From assembly GCA_038999725.1 (NCBI GenBank), contig JAWBWS010000002.1, positions 94,850 to 158,849 on the forward strand: a DNA stretch of 64,000 nt, written 5' to 3'. Source of the stretch: Candidatus Aenigmatarchaeota archaeon. GTDB taxonomy: Archaea > Aenigmatarchaeota > Aenigmatarchaeia > CG10238-14 > SCSR01. The notes beneath the pieces were generated by a model that saw only the letters and a list, made by a program, of their open reading frames with translations, had not been told where the DNA came from and did not search any database. Shown piece after piece: positions 57,526-64,000 of the stretch. The stretch's first letter is position 1; each line of letters starts with the position of its first letter. The translations under genes and the position numbers were made by a program.

Positions 57526-59241
57526 ATGATAAGATCACCTATAGTAGTGACTGTTGGGCATATAGACCATGGAAAAACAACTCTGCTTGACAAAATCAGG
57601 GGCACTGCTGTTACCAAACTCGAGCCTGGTATGATGAGTCAGCATGTGGGAGCGAGCTTCATTCCAGTAGAAACAATAAAGAGAATATGTGGAAGTTTAA
57701 TTGAAAAATTGAAGATAGAAATAAAAATTCCGGGCTTGCTTCTGCTCGACACCCCAGGCCATGCTGCTTTTGTAACTTTGAGAAAAAGAGGGGGGGCCGT
57801 TGCTGATCTTGCCATCTTAGTTATTGATATAACAGAAGGATTCCAAGAACAAACAGATGAGAGCTTAGCTGTTTTGAAAGAGTTTAAAACTCCTTTTGTT
57901 GTTGCTGCCACAAAAATAGATAAAATCCCAGGTTGGTATCCCTATCCAAATTCTTGTTTTGTTGAAAGCTTTAAAATGCAAGCCGAAGATGTTAAAGATG
58001 ATGTTGAAAAAAATGTCTATAAGATAATTTCGCAATTGGCTGAAAGGGGGTTTAACTCGGAAAGATTTGATAGAGTGGAAAACTTCACCAAACAAGTTGC
58101 CATAGTACCTTGTTCTGGGATAACTGGTGAAGGTATACCTGAACTCTTGGTTGTTTTGGCTGGATTAGCGCAACAATTTTTGAAGAATAGGCTCAAGCTT
58201 TCTGAAGTTGGCAAAGGAACTGTGTTAGAAGTCAAGGAAACCGTAGGTTTTGGTACAACAATTGATGTGATATTGTATGATGGAAAAATTTCAAAAGGTG
58301 ACTATATTGTGATAGGTGGAAAAGAACCTACAATCACAAGAGTAAGGGCTTTGCTCAGGCCTAGACCATTACAAGAGCTTAGGGTTGAAAAACAGTTTGA
58401 AAGTGTGGAAGAGGTTGGTGCGGCAGCAGGAATTAAAATTGCTGCTCCTGGTTTAGAGAATGTAGTAGCAGGATCACCGATAATTGCTGTGAAGAATGAG
58501 AAGGAAATAGAAGAAGCAAAAAGATGTGTGCAGATGGAAGTTGAGGAGGTTCAATTTTTGAGACAAATTGATGGAGTTGTTATAAAAGCGGATACACTTG
58601 GAAGCTTAGAGGCCATGATTAGGCTTTTAGGTGAAGAGGGAATTCCGATAAGGAAGGCTGAAGTCGGACATGTGACAAAGCAAGATGTTATAGAAGCCGA
58701 GAATGTGAGAGAAAAGCTGAGAAGAGTTATACTGGCTTTTAATGTAGAAATCTTTGAAGAAGCAAAAAATTTGGCAAGAGATTTGAAGATAGAGATTTTC
58801 CAGAACAATATAATTTATAGACTCCTTGAAGATTACAAAGAATGGAGTTTTAAATCTAAAGAAAGGGAAATTGAAGAAAAGCTTGCTAAAGTTGTAAGAC
58901 CGTGTGAAATTGTTATATTAAAAGGCTGTGTGTTCAGGTCGAGCAATCCTGCAATTTTTGGGGTTGAAGTAAAAAGAGGTTTGCTTAAACCTGGGACTTT
59001 AATGAGAAAAGAAGATGGTAAAATTGTTGGAAAAATAAAAGAGATTCAAAGAGAGGGGCAAACCATACCCGAAGCCAAGAAAGGAGATAGAGTTGCTGTG
59101 AGTATGGAAGAACCTATTGTTGGAAGGCATATAAATGAAGGTGACATTCTGCTTTCAGTAATAAGTGAGGAAGATATGAGGATTTTGAAAGAAGTTTGGG
59201 AAAGGCTAAACGAAGATGAAAAGGAACTGTTAAATTTTTAA
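57526..59241 (+). CDS. infB: Translation initiation factor aIF5B (IF-2)
   Basis: RSPIVVTVGHIDHGKTTLLD; DTPGH; KADTLGSLEA; VFRSSNPAI. Confidence 0.97.
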   Translation: MIRSPIVVTVGHIDHGKTTLLDKIRGTAVTKLEPGMMSQHVGASFIPVETIKRICGSLIEKLKIEIKIPGLLLLDTPGHAAFVTLRKRGGAVADLAILVIDITEGFQEQTDESLAVLKEFKTPFVVAATKIDKIPGWYPYPNSCFVESFKMQAEDVKDDVEKNVYKIISQLAERGFNSERFDRVENFTKQVAIVPCSGITGEGIPELLVVLAGLAQQFLKNRLKLSEVGKGTVLEVKETVGFGTTIDVILYDGKISKGDYIVIGGKEPTITRVRALLRPRPLQELRVEKQFESVEEVGAAAGIKIAAPGLENVVAGSPIIAVKNEKEIEEAKRCVQMEVEEVQFLRQIDGVVIKADTLGSLEAMIRLLGEEGIPIRKAEVGHVTKQDVIEAENVREKLRRVILAFNVEIFEEAKNLARDLKIEIFQNNIIYRLLEDYKEWSFKSKEREIEEKLAKVVRPCEIVILKGCVFRSSNPAIFGVEVKRGLLKPGTLMRKEDGKIVGKIKEIQREGQTIPEAKKGDRVAVSMEEPIVGRHINEGDILLSVISEEDMRILKEVWERLNEDEKELLNF

Positions 59242-59278
59242 GTTCACTCGCTAATATAATACGTTAGGAGGCCAAACC

Positions 59279-60175
59279 TTGAATAAAGTTTTAATTACAA
59301 TTGCAATTTCGGTTATTTTGTTGGTTAGTACAGCAAAAGCAGAAGAATTACCAAGTCCCAGAATTCTTCCAGATCACCCCTTCTATCCAGTTAAAACTTT
59401 TCTTGAAAAAGTAAGACTTTGGCTGACTTTTGATTCTGAAGCTAAGGCAAGATTCCGTATTTTCCTTGCTGAACAGAGACTGGCAGAGCTTAACGCTATG
59501 ATAGCAAAAAACAAATGGCAATATGTGGAAAAATTGAAAGAAGAATATGAAAAAGAAGTGAATGAGACTGAAAAAGAAACAAATAAGACTTTTGGTTTAG
59601 GGAGAAATGCTACTACATTGCTTGAGCATATTTGTAATGAAACTTATAAACATATAACTGTCCTTGAAAGGATTTTGAGTAAAGTACCTGAAGCTGCGAG
59701 ACCTGGTTTAGAAAGAGCAATAGAGGCTTCAATAAGAGGACATGAAAAGTGTTTGGAGAGAATGGAAAAATTGTTGAATGCAACCAATTACATGTTAAGG
59801 GAGAGAGTATGCACAAGTGATAGTGAGTGCATAAACTTATCTATTTGGTGTCCTATGCAACTGAATTTTAAACTACATTGCTTTATTCCAGAAAATAAAA
59901 CAAAAGGAGTTTGTGTTTGTGGATTACCGTGGGAGAAAAAGAAAATAAATTGCACTGATGACTCTGAATGTTTTGAGTTGGTTTGCCCGATGATTATAGG
60001 CAATGATACACCAGTTTGCTTAAATGGTAGATGTACTTGTGGTGCAAAGTGGCAAATAAGGAATAGAAGTGAGTGGGAAAAAAGATTTAGAGAAGAATTC
60101 ACAAATATAACATGGGATATACAAGAGAAGATAAGGGAAAGAGTAGAAAGGGAAATAAGAAAAAGGGGAGGTTAG
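59279..60175 (+). CDS. Secreted DUF5667-like protein with Cys-rich C-terminal modules
   Basis: Signal peptide; ILPDHPFYPVKTFLE; AEQRLAE; two C-x-x-D-S-E-C modules. Confidence 0.75.
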   Translation: MNKVLITIAISVILLVSTAKAEELPSPRILPDHPFYPVKTFLEKVRLWLTFDSEAKARFRIFLAEQRLAELNAMIAKNKWQYVEKLKEEYEKEVNETEKETNKTFGLGRNATTLLEHICNETYKHITVLERILSKVPEAARPGLERAIEASIRGHEKCLERMEKLLNATNYMLRERVCTSDSECINLSIWCPMQLNFKLHCFIPENKTKGVCVCGLPWEKKKINCTDDSECFELVCPMIIGNDTPVCLNGRCTCGAKWQIRNRSEWEKRFREEFTNITWDIQEKIRERVEREIRKRGG

Positions 60176-60924
60176 ACTTTCAAATTTTTCAGTTTACCGA
60201 GAAAAGTGCCATCCAATAAGTAAATTTCAGATTTTTCCATATCAATTAATTTATTCAACAAATTAGATTCCTCACTTTCTAGAAGCTTGAGTAAACTCAT
60301 ATTTCCCAGTAGGGTGTTAAAAGTTGGTATTATTATGGCATGAAGTTTGCCCACTTTCTTTAGCTTGTACTTTTCCTTTATTTTATCCTTGAGTTTACCT
60401 TTTATCCACACTTGCTCTGAAGTTCTAAACCCAAGTTTATCTTTGAATTCTATTCCAGGATGAAGATGGGCCAAAAAAAGGTAATCACAACTTAAAAGCT
60501 TTTTTGAAGGCCAAGCGTGACCATGGAAGAAGCCATACTTACCAAGTTTAAACCCTCTACTTCCGTATACTTTTATACCCTTTGGCACAATTTGCTCCAA
60601 GTCTGTATCATGATTTCCTTTGACAAGAATAACTTTGAAATTATCTTTCAAATATTCTAAAAATTTTGGAAGTTCTTTTTCCTCTCTTATGCTCATTCCT
60701 GGAACTTTGTGTTTTATGTCCCCAAGGATAATCAGTTTCTTCGCTTTCGTCAACTCGTATAACTTTTTTATCTTCTCCTGAAATTTTTCCCTTTGTGGTG
60801 GAATAATGATTCCTTTTTTGAAAAGCTCGTGCTCCAAACCTAGATGAAGCTCGGCTATAACTAAAGTTTTTTTCTCTGGGATGAAAGCCGCTGGTTGATT
60901 GGTTATAAACTTTACTGCCTTCAT
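60172..60924 (-). CDS. Calcineurin-like metallophosphoesterase
   Basis: AELHLG; LGDIKH; GNHD; HGH; AHLHP; PTFN. Confidence 0.9.
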   Translation of the reverse strand: MKAVKFITNQPAAFIPEKKTLVIAELHLGLEHELFKKGIIIPPQREKFQEKIKKLYELTKAKKLIILGDIKHKVPGMSIREEKELPKFLEYLKDNFKVILVKGNHDTDLEQIVPKGIKVYGSRGFKLGKYGFFHGHAWPSKKLLSCDYLFLAHLHPGIEFKDKLGFRTSEQVWIKGKLKDKIKEKYKLKKVGKLHAIIIPTFNTLLGNMSLLKLLESEESNLLNKLIDMEKSEIYLLDGTFLGKLKNLKV

Positions 60925-61005
60925 ATTTTTATGTACATTTGAAAAAGATATACTACTTTTGGGAGAGGTGTTTCCTCACTTCATGAGTTCTAAGTTTTTA
61001 TATCC

Positions 61006-62532
61006 TTGAGTGATAATTTAAAATCTATGAAAGAAATTGGCACTGTGATTTCCACTCCAGAAGGACCGAGTAGTGGCAAATTCTCTTTTGTGATAAGTGA
61101 AGATAAGGAGAAAATGCCTGTTAGAAAAAATGAGTATGTTCAGCTTAGGACAGAGCAAGGATTACTAATAGCAAGAGTTGCTGAAATATTCAGGATGAAC
61201 AGATATTTCATGAGAGCAGAATCTGTGAAAGAATATGAGAAGAGTGGAAAGGATTTGAGCGAAATTTTCCCAACAAATAAATGGGAATTCCTCGTGGCTT
61301 TTGCAACTCCCCTGGGAATTTTTGACGGAGGTAAACAATTTAGAGTTTCTTTCCCACCTTCACCTGGAGAAAAAGTTTACAAGGTTGATGAAAAATTACT
61401 TTCAGAATTTTTGGGCTTAGATGAAAGTGGTTTGGTTGTAGGGAAAATGGATGCTCATAATTTGGAAGTTAAATTGAATTTGACTAAGCTCTTCCAAAAA
61501 CACTTAGCCATTCTTGCTATCAGTGGTGCTGGTAAGTCTTATCTTGCTTCAGTTCTTATAGAAGAAATCTTAGATAGGGAAGATAAGGTAAAGCCTGCAG
61601 TAATAGTTTTTGACCCCCATGGTGAATACATTGGCTTTTCGGAAGATGAAAAATATATAGCCAAAACAAAAGTTTATGGAAAGGATAAAATCTCCATAGC
61701 CACGAACAAAATTTCACCAAGCTTGATGAATGAGTTTATACCGCAAATGTCCTATGTTCAAAGAAGGGAACTTTCACCAATAATTAAAAAATTGCAAGAA
61801 GAAAAGAAAGTTTACGATTTTGATGAATTAGTTGAAGCTGTGGAAAAAAGTGAGATAAACCAAAAAACAAAATTAGCTTTGAACTCTTGGCTTTTTGATC
61901 TGGCTTCAACAGGTTTGTTTGGCAAAATAGATTCACCATCCTTAGATGAAGTTGCGAAGCTTGGTCAACTCACAATTTTTGACCTTTCTGATTTCGTTCA
62001 TCTGAAAGAAAGACAAATAGTCCTGACTTATTTTGCAAGGAAACTCTTTGATCTGAGAAGAGGAGGGAAAATTCCACCTTTTATTATTTTTGTGGAAGAA
62101 AGCCATCAGTTTTGCCCTGAGGGAGAAGAAGCTGCCAATGCCATTTCAAGAAATGTGATAGAGCAAATAGCAAGAGAGGGAAGAAAGTTTGGAGCTTGTT
62201 TAGTGCTGATAACCCAAAGACCGATAAGGCTTGCTACAACAGCATTAAGCCAGTGTAATACTCATATCATCATGAGAATAAACAACCCTTATGATATAAA
62301 ACATATAGGTGAAAGTTGTGAAGGTGTAACTAAGGATGTTTTGGATATGTTACCAGGATTAAAAGTTGGTGAAGCCTTAATCGTTGGTGAAGCTGTTAAT
62401 TATCCTTTGCTTGTGAAAGTTAGAGAAAGAAGGAGTAAGAAATCTGAAAAGGGAAGAAAATTGGAAGAAGAAATTTTAGCTTTTATTGAAAGCGAAGATA
62501 GAAAGATTGAAGATTTGGAAGCTTTCAAGTAA
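61006..62532 (+). CDS. herA: HerA-type bipolar helicase/ATPase
   Basis: N-terminal HAS-barrel-like region; HLAILAISGAGKS; DPHGEY; EESHQF; AREGRKFG; TQRP; adjacent to rad50. Confidence 0.85.
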   Translation: MSDNLKSMKEIGTVISTPEGPSSGKFSFVISEDKEKMPVRKNEYVQLRTEQGLLIARVAEIFRMNRYFMRAESVKEYEKSGKDLSEIFPTNKWEFLVAFATPLGIFDGGKQFRVSFPPSPGEKVYKVDEKLLSEFLGLDESGLVVGKMDAHNLEVKLNLTKLFQKHLAILAISGAGKSYLASVLIEEILDREDKVKPAVIVFDPHGEYIGFSEDEKYIAKTKVYGKDKISIATNKISPSLMNEFIPQMSYVQRRELSPIIKKLQEEKKVYDFDELVEAVEKSEINQKTKLALNSWLFDLASTGLFGKIDSPSLDEVAKLGQLTIFDLSDFVHLKERQIVLTYFARKLFDLRRGGKIPPFIIFVEESHQFCPEGEEAANAISRNVIEQIAREGRKFGACLVLITQRPIRLATTALSQCNTHIIMRINNPYDIKHIGESCEGVTKDVLDMLPGLKVGEALIVGEAVNYPLLVKVRERRSKKSEKGRKLEEEILAFIESEDRKIEDLEAFK

Positions 62533-62533
62533 T

Positions 62534-64000
62534 TTAATCAATCCTTATAACTTTGGTTGGTCCATCTTCATCTTTATTTCTCTCAAGCCTGTAGACTGAG
62601 CCTGTTGCAGCATCCTCAAGCTCTGGCTGATGAGTTATGAGAAAAGTTTGATCTATAAACTCATTTATCCTCTCCCTTAAAGTTATTGAAAGCTCCCTTA
62701 TGGCCCTTGCATCAAGATTTGCAGTTGGCTCATCTAGAACAAGGACTCTTAATTGGGGAGCTAGAGCTAAGGCTAGGGCAATTCTTAAAGCCAAACAAGC
62801 TATGCTTCTTTCCCCTCCAGAAACGTTCCCCTCAACATTCACCCAATTTCCATCTCTTCCTTGCAATTGCAATACATAATCACCTTCCTCTGCATTTAGT
62901 CTAATTGAAATGAAGTCGTGGTAAGGGTAAAGTGTATTCCAAAGTTTACTCATGGTTAAATTTACACCTTCAACAAAATTATTTCTAAGCTCAATCTGTG
63001 TTTCTTCTAGTGCTAGGTTGAAGATTTCCAAGTCCCTTGTGAGTCTATCAAGTTTTTGGATTTCTTTTTTCATTTTTTCTAGAGTTTTCACTTTTTCCTC
63101 TTGTTCTTTCCTCCTAGCTTCTTTTTCTTGAATCAAAGAATCATAAGAGCAAAGTTTTGTCCTAGTTTCGCTTTCCATGCTTATAATTGATTTAAGATTC
63201 TCTTCCATAGCATCCAAATCTTTTCCCTCAAGTTTGACCTCTTTTTCTTTAATTTTTTTCTTAACTTCTTCAATTTCCCTCTTCAATTCCTCACTTCTCT
63301 TCTTCCTCTCCTCCAAGTCTTGAAGTTGAATTAGCAAAATATCATACTTCCTCTTTTTCTCCTCGTTTTCTTTAATCTCACTTTCTATGTTATTGACTTC
63401 TTTCCTAACTAGCTCTAAATCTATCCTGGCTTTGTTCGCAAAATAGTTCAGTTGGGATAAATCTTTTTCAGAATCTTCTAGCTCTTTCTGTATATCTTGC
63501 AAGTCTTTAACTTGAATGTACATTTCTCCTATTTTTTTAGCTGCATCTTCAAGTTTTTTCAAATTCTCACTTGCATTTTGTTTGTTGATGAGCAAATCTG
63601 CTAGCCTATCTTGCAGTTTCTTCAACTGCTCTTCTTTCTGTTTAATCAGTAGGATTTTTCTTTCTTGTGTTAAAATTGAGTCACAAACTGGGCATCTATT
63701 TTCAGAAGAAGATAAGTGTTGAATAAAAGAATTCAGATCTTTTATTAAAGTGTTCGTTGCCGAAATATCGGAATTTATTTTTTCCAAATTCTCTCTACTT
63801 TTTTCAATTTGTTCCTCTATATTTTCTCCAGTTGTGCTCAGAAGATGATCAAGTTCCTTCTTAATTCCAGTTTTTTCTTCCAAGAGTGGTTTAAGCTTGT
63901 AGATTTTTTCTCCACTCAGGAATTTTATTTTGCTCTCTGCTTGAGAAATCTCAGAAAAAATTTTTTCATAATTCTCCTTTTTTTGCTTTAGCTCAAGTTC
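62534..64000 (-). CDS. rad50: Rad50/SMC-family ATPase, C-terminal half (5'-truncated by window)
   Basis: Zinc hook CPVC; coiled coil; SGGERS signature; LDEPT; ITH. Confidence 0.92.
   Translation of the reverse strand, partial: ELELKQKKENYEKIFSEISQAESKIKFLSGEKIYKLKPLLEEKTGIKKELDHLLSTTGENIEEQIEKSRENLEKINSDISATNTLIKDLNSFIQHLSSSENRCPVCDSILTQERKILLIKQKEEQLKKLQDRLADLLINKQNASENLKKLEDAAKKIGEMYIQVKDLQDIQKELEDSEKDLSQLNYFANKARIDLELVRKEVNNIESEIKENEEKKRKYDILLIQLQDLEERKKRSEELKREIEEVKKKIKEKEVKLEGKDLDAMEENLKSIISMESETRTKLCSYDSLIQEKEARRKEQEEKVKTLEKMKKEIQKLDRLTRDLEIFNLALEETQIELRNNFVEGVNLTMSKLWNTLYPYHDFISIRLNAEEGDYVLQLQGRDGNWVNVEGNVSGGERSIACLALRIALALALAPQLRVLVLDEPTANLDARAIRELSITLRERINEFIDQTFLITHQPELEDAATGSVYRLERNKDEDGPTKVIRID

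Noticed and set aside
1-64000. CRISPR arrays, transposases, integrases, inteins, rRNA
   Set aside because: No regularly spaced repeats or corresponding motifs were seen; in-frame micro-introns cannot be excluded by eye

Overview
AT-rich archaeal chromosome segment. Compact genes, SepF/MinD and intron-rich tRNAs without encoded CCA suggest a DPANN lineage such as Aenigmarchaeota (inference). The window is mostly housekeeping: ribosomal proteins, RNase P subunits, an exosome/proteasome superoperon, RNAP subunits, initiation factors, seven aminoacyl-tRNA synthetases, FEN1, two HerA-like ATPases, a partial Rad50, Ior/Acs, peptidases and a large surface glycoprotein. Main findings: (1) the proteasome alpha-subunit gene is split by a 31-nt hairpin with bulge-helix-bulge (BHB) geometry whose removal exactly restores the conserved GYDRxIxVFSPDGRL motif, i.e. 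an apparent tRNA-type intron in an mRNA; (2) leuS and ileS each have a 7-codon leader ORF ending in cognate codons (MGERLLL*, MKGDTRI*), and the Leu codons are complementary to the leuS Shine-Dalgarno, suggesting leader-peptide translational attenuation; (3) four tRNAs carry six introns, three at non-canonical positions; (4) several microproteins are missed by the ORF track, SBDS has a probable ATT start, and two conserved operons appear to have swapped tails. Product calls come from motif recognition by eye, not from database searches.
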